Shown here: piece after piece, positions 12,026 to 22,433 of the stretch
Layout of the letters: every line of letters begins with the position of its first letter
How positions within the stretch are numbered: position 1 is the first letter of the stretch
NCBI RefSeq assembly: GCF_035084215.1
Contig: NC_090341.1
Location: 16,926,001 to 16,990,000, forward strand
From: Heptranchias perlo
Taxonomy: Eukaryota
Reading direction: 5' to 3'
DNA length: 64,000 nucleotides
The notes under the pieces: generated by a model
What the model saw: the letters and a program-made list of their open reading frames with translations, nothing else
Databases searched by the model: none
Told to the model about the DNA's origin: nothing
Program-made: the position numbers and the translations under genes

Positions 12026-12963
12026 CCCTCCCCAACAGCACTGGCAAACACTCCCCCTCGGACATTGGTTCCAGTCCCGCCCAGATGCAGACCGTCCAAT
12101 TTGTACTGGTCCCACCTCCCCCAGAACCGGTTCCAATGGCCCAGGAATTTGAATCCCTCCCTCTTGCACCATCTCTCAAGCCACGTATTCATCTTAGCTA
12201 TCCTGTCATTCCTACTCTGACTTGCCCGTGGCACTGGTAGCAATCCTGAGATTACTACCTTTGAGGTCCTACTTTTTAGTTTAACTCCTAACTCCCTAAA
12301 TTCAGCTTGTAGGACCTCATCCTGTTTTTTACCTATATCGTTGGTGCCTATATGCACCACGACAACTGGCTGTTCACCCTCCCCCTCCAGAATGTCCTGC
12401 AGCCGCTCCGAGACATCCTTGACCCTTGCACCAGGGAGGCAACATACCATCCTGGAGTCTCTGTTGCGTCCGCAGAAACGCCTGTCTATTCCCCTTACAA
12501 TCGAGTCCCCTATCACTATAACTCTGCCACTCTTTTTCCTGCCCTCCTGTGCAGCAGAGCCAGCCACGGTGCCATGAACCTGGCCACTGCCACCTTCCCG
12601 TGGTGAGCCATCTCCCCCAACAGTATCCAAAACGGTATACCTGTTTTGGAGGGAGATGACCGCAGGGGACCCCTGCACTGCCTTCCTACTCTTCCTCTGT
12701 CTGTTGGTCACCCATTCACTATCTCCCTCAGTAATTTTTATCTGCGGTGTGACCAACTCACTGAACGTGCTATCCACGACTTTCTCAGCATCGCGGATGC
12801 TCCAAAGTGAGTCCATCCGCAGCTCCAGAGCCGTCAAGCGGTCAAACAATAGCTGCAGCTGGACACACTTCCCGCAGGTGAAGGAATCAGGGATACAGGA
12901 AGGAGCCCTGAATTCCCACATCTCACAAGAGGAACATGACACGGCTCTGGGATCTCCTGCCAT
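12016..12963 (-). CDS. CR1 ORF1, 315 aa: zinc finger/leucine zipper plus SGNH/GDSL esterase-like domain
   Basis: CSSC...CGKC, then heptad leucines. IGDSIVR, HIGTNDI and DGLHL blocks are typical of CR1 ORF1 esterase. Confidence 0.93.
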   Translation of the reverse strand: MAGDPRAVSCSSCEMWEFRAPSCIPDSFTCGKCVQLQLLFDRLTALELRMDSLWSIRDAEKVVDSTFSELVTPQIKITEGDSEWVTNRQRKSRKAVQGSPAVISLQNRYTVLDTVGGDGSPREGGSGQVHGTVAGSAAQEGRKKSGRVIVIGDSIVRGIDRRFCGRNRDSRMVCCLPGARVKDVSERLQDILEGEGEQPVVVVHIGTNDIGKKQDEVLQAEFRELGVKLKSRTSKVVISGLLPVPRASQSRNDRIAKMNTWLERWCKREGFKFLGHWNRFWGRWDQYKLDGLHLGGTGTNVRGGVFASAVGEGLN

Positions 12964-13070
12964 GACTTAACCCTTAAATTAGCTTAACAACAACTGCAAT
13001 GTCAAGAGGCAGACCAGCACTTCCATTGAAGAAACTGCTCTTAGTTACAGAATGCTGTTTTTGACTTGGA

Positions 13071-13107
13071 GGCGAGAGTGCTGCCACTGAGCCACGGCTG
13101 ACACCTA
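13071..13107 (-). mobile_element. Short tRNA-SINE (Deu-type) head fragment
   Basis: Reverse complement TAGGTGTCAGCCGTGGCTCAGTGGCAGCACTCTCGCC matches the head of the SINE at 63422. Confidence 0.6.
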
Positions 13108-13343
13108 ATATTTCACCTGCAAGATGAAATATTAAAAACACACGAGTCAAGGATGAAGTAAGACCATTCGCCCCAATAACGCTCGCCTCAAGTATCCCAA
13201 TATTCTCATCTGGTCATCAGCTGCTTTTTGAATGTTCCCCACTTTTTATCTTTATTAACTTGCCTGGCAGATTAATTATTTTTTTTTAAATTCGTTCACG
13301 GGATGTGGGCGTCGCTGGTGAGGCCGGCATTTATTGCCCATCC

Positions 13344-16105
13344 CTAATTGCCCTCGAGAAGGTGGTGGTGAGCCGCCTTCTTGAACCGCTGCAGTCTGTG
13401 TGGTGACGGTTCTCCCACAGTGCTGTTAGGAAGGGAGTTCCAGGATTTTGACCCAGCGACAATGAAGGAACGGCGATATATTTCCAAGTCGGGATGGTGT
13501 ATGACTTGGAGGGGAACGTGCAGGTGCTGTTGTTCCCATGCGCCTGCTGCCCTTGTCCTTCTAGGTGGTAGAGGTCGCGGGTTTGGGAGGTGCTGTCGAA
13601 GAAGCCTTGGCGAGTTGCTGCAGTGCATCCTGTGGATGGTGCACACTGCAGCCACAGTGTGCCGGTGGTGAAGGGAGTGAATGTTTAGGGTGGTGGATGG
13701 GGTGCCAATCAAGCAGGCTGCTTTATCTTGGATGGTGTCGAGCTTCTTGAGTGTTGTTGGAGCTGCACTCATCCAGGCAAGTGGACAGTATTCCATCACA
13801 CTCCTGACTTGTGCCTTGTAGATGGTGGAAAGGCTTTGGGGAGTCAGGAGGTGAGTCACTCGCCGCAGAATACCCAGCCTCTGACCTGGTATTGTAGCCA
13901 CAGTATTTATGTGGCTGGTCCAGTTAAGTTTCTGGTCAATGGTGACCCCCAGGATGTTGATGGTGGGGGATTCGGCGATGGTAATGCCGTTGAATGTCAA
14001 GGGGAGGTGGTTAGACTCTCTCTTGTTGGAGATGGTCATTGCCTGGCACTTATCTGGCGCGAATGTTACTTGCCACTTATGAGCCCAAGCCTGGATGTTG
14101 TCCAGGTCTTGCTGCATGCGGGCTCGGACTGCTTCATTATCTGAGGGGTTGCGAATGGAACTGAACACTGTGCAGTCATCAGCGAACATCCCCATTTCTG
14201 ACCTTATGGTGGAGGGAAGGTCATTGATGAAGCAGCTGAAGATGGTTGGGCCAAGGACACTGCCCTGAGGAACTCCTGCAGCAATGCCCTGGGGCTGAGA
14301 TGATTGGCCTCCAACAACCACTACCATCTTCCTTTGTGCCAGGTATGACTCCAGCCACTGGAGAGTTTTCCCCCTGATTCCCATTGACTTCAATTTTACT
14401 AGGGCTCCTTGATGCCACACTCGGTCAAATGCTGCCTTGATGTCAAGGGCAGTCACTCTCACCTCACCTCTGGAATTCAGCTCTTTTGTCCATGTTTGGA
14501 CCAAGGCTGTAATGAGGTCTGGAGCCGAGTGGTCCTGGCGGAACCCAAACTGAGCATCGGTGAGCAGGTTATTGGTGAGTAAGTGCCGCTTGATAGCACT
14601 GTCGACGACACCTTCCATCACTTTGCTGATGATTGAGAATAGACTGATGGGGCGGTAATTGGCCGGATTGGATTTGTCCTTTTTGTGGACAGGACATACC
14701 TGGGCAATTTTCCACATTGTCGGGTAGATGCCAGTGTTGTAGCTGCACTGGAACAGCTTGGCTTGAGGCGCAGCTAGTTCTGGAGCACAAGTCTTCAGCA
14801 CTACAGCTGGGATGTTGTCGGGGCCCATAGCCTTTGCTGTATCCGGTGCACTCAGCCGTTTCTTGATATCACGCGGAGTGAATCGAATTGGCCGAAGACT
14901 GGCTTCTGTGATGGTGGGGATATCGGGAGGAGGCCGAGATGGATCATCCACTCGGCACTTCTGGCTGAAGATGGTTGCAAACGCTTCAGCCTTGTCTTTT
15001 GCACTCACGTGCTGGACTCCGCCATCATTGAGAATGGGGATGTTTGCAGAGCCTCCTCCTCCCGTTAGTTGTTTAATTGTCCACCACCATTCACGACTGG
15101 ATGTGGCAGGACTGCAGAGCTTTGATCTGATCCGTTGGTTGTGGAATCGCTTAGCTCTGTCTATAGCATGTTGCTTCCGCTGTTTAACATGCATGTAGTC
15201 CTGTGTTGTAGCTTCACCAGGTTGGCACCTCATTTTTAGGTACGCCTGGTGCTGCTCCTGGCATGCTCTTCTGCACTCCTCATTGAACCAGGGTTGATCC
15301 CCTGGCTTGTTGGTAATGGTAGAGTGAGGAATATGCCAGGCCATGAGGTTACAGATTGTGCTGGAATACAATTCTGCTGCTGCTGATGGCCCACAGCGCC
15401 TCATGGATGCCCAGTTTTGAGCTGCTGGATCCATTCTGAATCTATCCCATTTAGCATGGTGGTAGTGCCACACAACACGTTGGATGGTGTCCTCAGTGCG
15501 AAGACGGGACTTGATCTCCACGAGGACTGTGCGGTGGTCACTCCTACCAATACTGCCATGGACAGATGCATTTGCGACAGGTAGATTGGTGAGGACGAGG
15601 TCAAGTAAGTTTTTCCCTCGTGTTGGTTCGCTCACCACCTGCCGCAGGCCCACTCTGGCAGCTATGTCCTTCAGGACTCGGGCAGCTCGGTCAGTAGTGG
15701 TGCTACCAAGCCACTCTTGGTGATGGACATTGAAGTCCCCCACCCAGAGTACATTCTGTGCCCTTGCTACCCTCAGTGCTTCCTCCAAGCGGTGCTCAAC
15801 ATGGAGGAGGACTGATTCATCAGCTGAGGGAGGACGGTAGGTGGTAATCAGCAGGAGGTTTCCTTGCCCATGTTTGACCTGATGCCATGAGATTTCATGG
15901 GGTCCAGAGTCAATGTTGAGGACTCCCAGGGCACTCCCTCCTGACTGTATATCACTGTACCGCCACCTCTGGGGATGGAAGAGTCTGGGACGTTGGCTGA
16001 AAGATATGATTCTGTAAGTTTGGCTATGTCAGGCTGTTACTTGACTGGTCTGTGGGACAGCTCGCCCAATTTTGGCACAAGTCCCCAGATGTTAGTAAGG
16101 AGGAC
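13344..16105 (-). pseudogene. APE endonuclease-reverse transcriptase ORF; the 814 aa portion 13344-15788 is open, the N-terminus has a stop, a probable deletion and a frameshift
   Basis: TNIWGL, QPDI..TES, TYRPPS, GDFNVHH, SDH; NYRPISL, QFGFR, DIKAAFDRVWH, GVPQGSVLGP, FADD. Confidence 0.9.
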
Positions 16106-16456
16106 CTTGCAGGGTCGACTGGGCTTTGTGTTTTTTTGCCGTTGTTGTGTCCGGTTTTATTCTTATTATGACTTTTTGTAGCGAGATTTTACAACTGAGT
16201 GGCTTGCTAGGCCATTTCAGAGGGCAATTAAGAATCAACCACATTGCTGTGGGTCTGGAGTCACATATAGGCCAGACCGGGTAAGGACGGCAGGTTTCCT
16301 TCCCTAAAGGACATTAGTGAACCAGATGGGTTTTTACGACAATCCGGTAGTTTCATGGCCATCATTACTGATACTAGTATTTTAATTCCAGATTTTTTAT
16401 TTAATTAATTGAATTTAATTAATTAATTGAATTTAAATTCGCCAGCTGCCGTGGCA

Positions 16457-16530
16457 GGATTTGAACTCATGACTCTGGATTTTAGTCCAGGCCTCTGGAT
16501 TTCTAGCCCAGTAACATAACCACTATGCTA
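16457..16530 (-). promoter_or_regulatory. RNA polymerase III type-2 internal promoter (A box and B box)
   Basis: A box TAGCATAGTGG (16530-16520) matches TRGCNNARYGG exactly. B box GAGTTCAAATCC (16468-16457) lies about 50 nt downstream. Confidence 0.85.
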
Positions 16531-17816
16531 CTGTACATTCCAAACATTCATCAATTTTGAGTAAAACCATTCATCCTAATATCAGTTTTAAATTTATTAT
16601 TCACTAATTTAATTTGTCCTCTGGTCCAACTTTTCTATCTTACTTTGAAATGATATTATTATAGGTTTAACTCACTTGTCCTATTTCATATTTTCTACAC
16701 CTCAATGAACCAGACTGCAGAACTTGAACTTCTCTCATGTTTTCTTGTAACCTCATCATCCTTACCCACCCACTGTGAAAATCATACCCCTAAGTCCACT
16801 TTGCACACGTTCCAGTGCCAGGTCGGTCACCAAGGCTGAAAAGAACTGTAAGTGTGGATTGTAAGGCCATAGTAAACTTTACTGTTTTGTTTATATATTC
16901 CCATTGCTTCATCATATTGATCAAAAATGAAAGTATCGATTGTCCCATCGATCCCAGGTTTGTTTCAATGGGGGTTAAATTCAATAACTCCTGAATCCAG
17001 GCACGGGCATCACGGTCCGCGATTGACCTGCACTCGGTGCTTCAGATGCAGGTTGCACGTGAGATTTGTGCTGCCTGGTCATTACCATGATTTGTACCTG
17101 CAGCCAGCGCTACCCGCACTGTTGAGAGGCTGCACTCACAAGCAGGAGCCCTGAAATGGGGCATCGCCCGCACTAGTTAAAGGCAGCCTGCACCTCTTAA
17201 AGGGGAGGTGCACAGTTAATGAGAGCAGCGCTAGATGGCAGGCAGAATTACTGGACTGGCAAGAGAGCACGCACCTGGGGCATCATTTTAGCACCCGCCA
17301 GCGGGTGCCTTCCTGGCAGGGGGGCCCCGAAGATCGGGAAATCCCGGCGCGGGACCGGAGCCCGCCTCGAACCCGCGCACTTCCGGGTTCCCCACTGACG
17401 CACTGGCGTGCGCGCGCAGCCCCCGCTAGTGGGAATCACGCAGGCAATTAAAGCCAGCGGGATGCCACTTGAAGCTATTTATTTTGCTTGTTCAGGTCAT
17501 TAACTGACCTGATTAAGGGATTATGTGAGGAGGGTGGGATTTTCGAGCAAACTGGGACTGTTTCCCACACTGGGGGAAACACTTTCAATTCAAATGGACC
17601 TGTTGCAGCTGTCAGCCTGTGGCAGCTGCAAAGGTCCATTTGACAGGTGGGGGGGGGAGACCCTCACCCATTGCAGGAGGCCACTCTGTCACTTGGGACA
17701 AAGTTTGACCTCCACCACCCTCCTCCTGACAATCAAAGTCACCAACTTGCACACTTACCCCGGGGTCCAGAGACATGTACCTACCTTGCGGACCCCCTCA
17801 GACGTACATCTTCCAG

Positions 17817-18260
17817 ATGGGGGCCGCCATAGCTGCAGTCATGACCTCCTCGGAGGGCGAACAGCATCACCAGCCTCGCTGGCCTCGCCGGCCACCCCTG
17901 ACACGTGGAGCTCCACAACACAGTGCTGTGACACATCTACCTGCACAGCAGGAGGGAGGGCAACTGCAGAGAGAGATGCGTCGCAGAGGGCACTACCCTC
18001 GCCACAGGGTCCACAGACCGAGGCTCAGCTTCCTGGACCTCTGAGCAGCAGTGCACACGGAGGCTCAGAGTCACTCGACATGTAGTCGTGGACATCTGCA
18101 GCCTCCTTCATGCCGAGCTGCTCCCGGCTGGCCCGAGCACCATCTTCTTGCCTGTCGCTGTCAAAGTCACCACTGCCCTCAACAACTTCTCCTCCGCATC
18201 CTTCCAGGGTGCAACCGGGGACATCGCCGACGTCTCTCAGCCGTCTGCACAAAAGAGCCC
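17817..18260 (+). pseudogene. N-terminal fragment of Harbinger transposase (inner element)
   Basis: RRRGHYPRHRVHRPRLSFLDL...DICSLLHAEL...LPVAVKVTTALNNFSSASFQ, homologous to 22023-22378. Catalytic region absent. Confidence 0.8.
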
Positions 18261-18814
18261 TGCAAATACACCTACACCCACTCTGCAGTGACACAATGGG
18301 TGGCATCAGTTGTGGGTCTTCATAGTGATCCTCAGGAAAGGGCATTATTGCACAAACCAGACAAGATTCGCGAAGACATGGCAGTAGTGGTGCCAATATA
18401 ATATGTAATGTGAGTTGGTCAGAAATTAAATATAAGTAACAACCATGACAAACCCTCAAACACCCTTGTGCATCCCCTTCATGCTCACGACAAGTTTGCC
18501 TTAAGCTGCCTACTGCACATATTTAAGGCATGCCCTGTGGCTGCAGCACAGGTAGTGGCAGGTTGAGTGAGGCTGGTCGTGACAGAGATGCACGAGAGGG
18601 TGAGTATGAGATAGAGCCATGAGATTGTATGAGGAGTGGGTTGAGTGGTAGTGGCAGGATGAGTACTGGCGAGGTGAGTAGGTGCAGGTAGGATGAGGTT
18701 TGAGTGGGTATGAGGGGTGATGTGACAGAGTAGTGTTGGCAGTGCAGAAGGAGATGTGGGGTGGGGACGGTGATGTGGCGGACGGAGTGTAGGGGAAAGA
18801 GTAAGTGTACTCAC

Positions 18815-19059
18815 TTTGGCTGACCTACTGAGGTCATTGGAGCACCTCCTGCACTGTATGCAGGTGGGCGATATGTTGGTGGTGCTGGTGACCTCCTCTG
18901 CCACCTCGAGCCAGGCCTTCCTGGTGGCAGAGGCAGGCCGCTTCTTCCCGCCCGCTGGGGGGATGATCTCTGTCCTCCCCCTCCTCCTCACCCCATTTAT
19001 TGATACCTGGAGTGAGACATCATTAAACTGGGAGCAGCCTTCCCCCTGGGCTGCTCCAT
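18815..19059 (-). pseudogene. Myb/SANT-like exon 1 of the inner Harbinger
   Basis: MEQPRGKAAP...KAWLEVAEEVT...QCRRCSNDLSRSAK followed by a GTGAGT donor. TATTTAAA about 50 nt upstream. Confidence 0.78.
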
Positions 19060-21225
19060 GCTGTAATTTTTTCTGTTTGTTGCAGCATCTGTCAGTGGAG
19101 GACTGCCCCTTTAAATAGAGCTCCTCCAGCTGACAGATCTTACTGTGCATGCGCAGCCCGCCCGACGCGCAGATCAGCAGTGGGGATCCCGGAAAACAAG
19201 GTAAGTGGATCCAATTGGGCTACGATCACGCGGGGAGCTGACTGATTTCGCCGGGCGTGTGGGTAACGCGCCCGATAGCCCCCCCGCCAAGAACCCGCAG
19301 CCCTGGTAACATCGGGCCCCAAGGTTCTCGGACGACGCACTGGAGGTCCTGGTGGAGGGAGTGGACGAAAGGAGGGCCATTCTGTACCTGTAGGGTGATA
19401 AGGGACTCTCTCGACACCAGCTGCAGAGGCAGTTTGAGGCAATGACCCAGGAGGTGAGTGCCAGGAGTATTGCAGCACGCACATGAGTGTAGTGCCGAGA
19501 AAAGTTCAACGATTTGACACGAGTGGTCAAGGTAAGTGAAAGCAAGTGTCTAGTGGCACATCCGACCAACTGCTCCACGCATGACACCCCCCAACACCCA
19601 CCCACCAACAAACACTGCACTTGGCATGCTATATCTCACCCTCACATAGTACCACACTTGCGGATCACACAACCACCACTAACAGGTCATACACATTGAC
19701 AGCTATTCAACCATGACAGGCACATCACCCAGACACCTTGCAGGATACTCACTGACACACTTCTCCCTGTCTTGCAGGAGAACGTGGCCCATTGCAGCCA
19801 GCAGCAGGAGAGACCTGAGGGAGAACAGGCACGCCTACACGTCCTCACCTCCCTGGAGGAGACAGTGTTATGCATCATTGGGCGGGTCATCACTGCTGCT
19901 ATAGCCACCGGCGGCACTGGAGGTATCGACGATGAGGGTCTCTGCATATCTAATCCGCCGCCTTGTTTCCCATATCTCCCTCATCCCACAATCTTTTCTG
20001 ACTTGCGTGTTGCAGATGGTGTCAGCACGCACGTCTTGCTCTTCACCCTGCTCCACAGCTCAACCTGTTTCCCTTTGTTATTGCCGATGCCTAAGGACAG
20101 GTGGTGGCACCGGCCGAGGAGGAGGACACTGACACTAAAGCCACAACCTCATTTCATCTGACACTCGCATCCACCAGCTCAGATACTGACACTGCGCGTC
20201 CTTTAGAGGCTAGATTAGAGCTCGCCGGAGGGCGAGGTCACACAATGGTTCTGCTGCCGAGTGGTCAGATGATGACTTCGCTGGGCCAGGCTACAGAAGA
20301 CTGCTCGCATACACCACCAAATGCTTGGTGCACTGGAAAGCCTGCGCACAATGTCAAGGGGCATGGAGGACTCCACCTCGAACTAGGCACAGGGCTTTGC
20401 GCACACCATGAAGCCCATCCTTACCCACATGGAATGGGTGGTCAGCTCCATCAGTACACCTGAGGAACCCACCGTGCTGCAGCATCTGATGGCCAATGTT
20501 GCGGCTTCCATTGCAGCACAAACAGCTGTCATTGCAGCACCAACCAATGTCAGCAAAGGTCTGCAAGCTTCAGTTAAAGGTCAGACTGCTGCTATCGTGG
20601 GTCTGGGTACCACTGTGGAACGGGGCTTCCAGCGCATCACAGCACTCCAGCAATCTATTCTCCAGCTGATTGCCAGGATTGCTGTGGTGCTGCCCCGTGT
20701 GAGTGGCAGTGGCACCATGGCAGTCAAACCTGCTGTCGTCTGTCCGGATGACAGCATTCCTGCTCCCACTCCTGCCACTCTGCCAGTGCTCTAGCTGTTG
20801 CCTACCAGCCAGCCAGGCCAGACTGCTGCAGCCCATGCCGAGATGGTGCAGTCTGAAGCTAGGTTCTCCTGGCCCAGTGCTGCTCGAGGTCATCCTCCAG
20901 GGCCATCTGCACGCTCCTCAACTGAAGGTCAGCAGCCTTCCACTACCCGTGCTCCAGCCACTGGGGATTCACCTCGTAGAGCACTAGGATGGGTAAAGGC
21001 AGACGAACAACAGGCACTAAGGGAATGCACAAGGGTGAACAGTCTCATTTTGTTTGCATCATTTCGTGTGTTCATTTATAAATGTGAATTTGAATTTGGA
21101 TTTGGTGGTAGTTTTTATTTCTGCGATGAGCTGAGGGAGGAAGCAATGTGTAATCATACGGAGGGCAATTTGATGGTCGGGTGGGGAGCGTACGACTGTT
21201 GGTGAGTTGGGAGATGTCGTTCACA

Positions 21226-22433
21226 TTATTGATATCGCTCACGGATCAGGTGAGCATGTAGAGCCCTGGCAGACAGGGCCAGTCTTCCTTGTTGTCCCCT
21301 TGCATCTTCCTCTGGTTCCCCCTCCGTCTCCTCCCCCTCAGCCGCCGCCTCCTCCTCCTCCTCCTCAGCCTCTTCCTATGGCTCAGGGTCTTGCCGGGTG
21401 ATCGATGGCAAGGGCTGTTCCCTCATAATGGCGAGGTTGTGCAGTATGCAGCATACCACGACGAATCTTGACATCCGCTCAGCTGAGTACTGCAAGGCTC
21501 CAGCAAAATGGTCCAGGCAGTGGAAGTGTTGCTTTAGGATGCCTATGTTATGCTCAATGACGTTACATGTGGCAACATAACAATGGTTGCAGTCCCACTC
21601 TGCACTTGTGCTTGTGTTTCTGACCAGGGTCATGAGCCACCTCATGAAGGGATAGCCCTTGTCACCCAGTAGCCAGCCTTTCACTTACCGTGCCGGTTCA
21701 AAGATAGCGGGCACGTTGGACTGCCGCACAATGAAGGCCTCGTGATTGCTGCCAGGGTAGCGGGCATTGACCTGCATGATGCGCTGCAGGTGGTCGCACA
21801 CAAGCTGCACGTTCAGGAAGTGGAGCCCCTTTCTGTTTATGAAGATGGCCAAGTTGACATGTGGAGCATGCATAGCAATATGCGTGCAGTCAATGGCACC
21901 CTGCACCATGGGGAAGCCTGCAGTGCGAGCAATCGCTCGTGCTCGTTCGTGCTCCTTCTCTGCATCAAGAGGGAACGTGATGAACCTGTTGTGCATTGCG
22001 TATAGTGCCTCTCTGACCTCCCTTATACACTGCACATTGTGAGATGTTGCACAGATTGCCAGCAGAATCCTGAAAGGATGCAGAGCCGTAGAAGTTCAGC
22101 ACCACGGTTACATTCACAGCCACAGGCAATGCTGTCCTTACCCTGCTCTGCGGCTGTAGTTGTAGCTGCAGCAGGTGACAGATCTCTGTCACGACCTCTT
22201 TGGTGAACCTCAGCCATTGCATCCATTGGATGCACTGATCTTCGCTCATCTGGAGGTAAGAGTGGTGTTCCCTGAAGGCCCTTGTGGGATATGGCCTCCT
22301 GCTCTGTGCCCTGCGCCTCCCCCTCCTCCTCTTCCTCCTTCTCCCTCTCCTCGCAGCTTGAGCTGCTCTGCGTGGCATCTCTGCATGCTTCCAGTCGTGT
22401 TCTATGCCCTGCGCGCCCTAGCAGGCCACCCAA
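21226..22433 (-). pseudogene. Harbinger (HARBI1-like) DDE transposase, frameshifted
   Basis: GFPMVQGAIDCTHI, FINRKG, WLLGDKGYP, VVVCCILHNLA and an acidic C-terminus. TATTTAAAGG upstream near 22615. Confidence 0.92.

Larger units (their letters stand above)
8987..13005 (-). mobile_element. Young CR1 LINE with intact ORF1 and ORF2, truncated in the 5' UTR
   Basis: Two uninterrupted ORFs. (ATTCTATG)-type tail reads CATAGAATCATAGAA at about 8988-9003. Only about 40 nt remain upstream of the ORF1 ATG. Confidence 0.96.
13275..16536 (-). mobile_element. Near full-length CR1-group (non-canonical; clade unassigned) LINE with tRNA-derived 5' head, no ORF1, single APE-RT ORF and A-rich tail
   Basis: A and B boxes at the 5' end, about 350 nt SINE-like body, endonuclease motif I VLLTNIWGL at about 16079-16105, ORF ending at 13344, then tail and A-run. 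Confidence 0.9.
17278..19319. mobile_element. Second, internally deleted Harbinger element nested in the outer element's Myb gene
   Basis: Imperfect TIRs GGGCATCATTTTA and TAACATCGGGCCC. Contains the 5' parts of both Harbinger genes, in opposite orientation to the outer element. Confidence 0.85.
17235..21021 (+). pseudogene. Harbinger Myb/SANT-like DNA-binding protein gene (exon 1 = 17235-17274 plus 19320-19531; exon 2 from 19778; end approximate)
   Basis: MAGRITGLAREHAP|RFSDDALEVLVEGVDERRAILY...CREKFNDLTRVVK, then a GTAAGT donor. Acceptor TTGCAG at 19777, then ENVAH...LTSLEETVLCIIG. In-frame stops present. Confidence 0.82.

Noticed and set aside
12026-12172. N-terminal 49 aa of the predicted 1034 aa ORF2
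   Set aside because: Starts at a non-ATG codon and overlaps ORF1; likely only an open alternative frame upstream of the real junction.
9134-15723. Numerous antisense and alternate-frame ORFs over the LINEs
   Set aside because: Shadows of the RT ORFs with no independent motifs.
16440-16536. Bona fide tRNA gene
   Set aside because: It has A and B boxes but an internal duplication, no convincing cloverleaf and no downstream T-run; it is a retroposon head.
21226-22433. Host HARBI1 gene
   Set aside because: Frameshifted, paired with a Myb-like gene and bounded by transposon termini.
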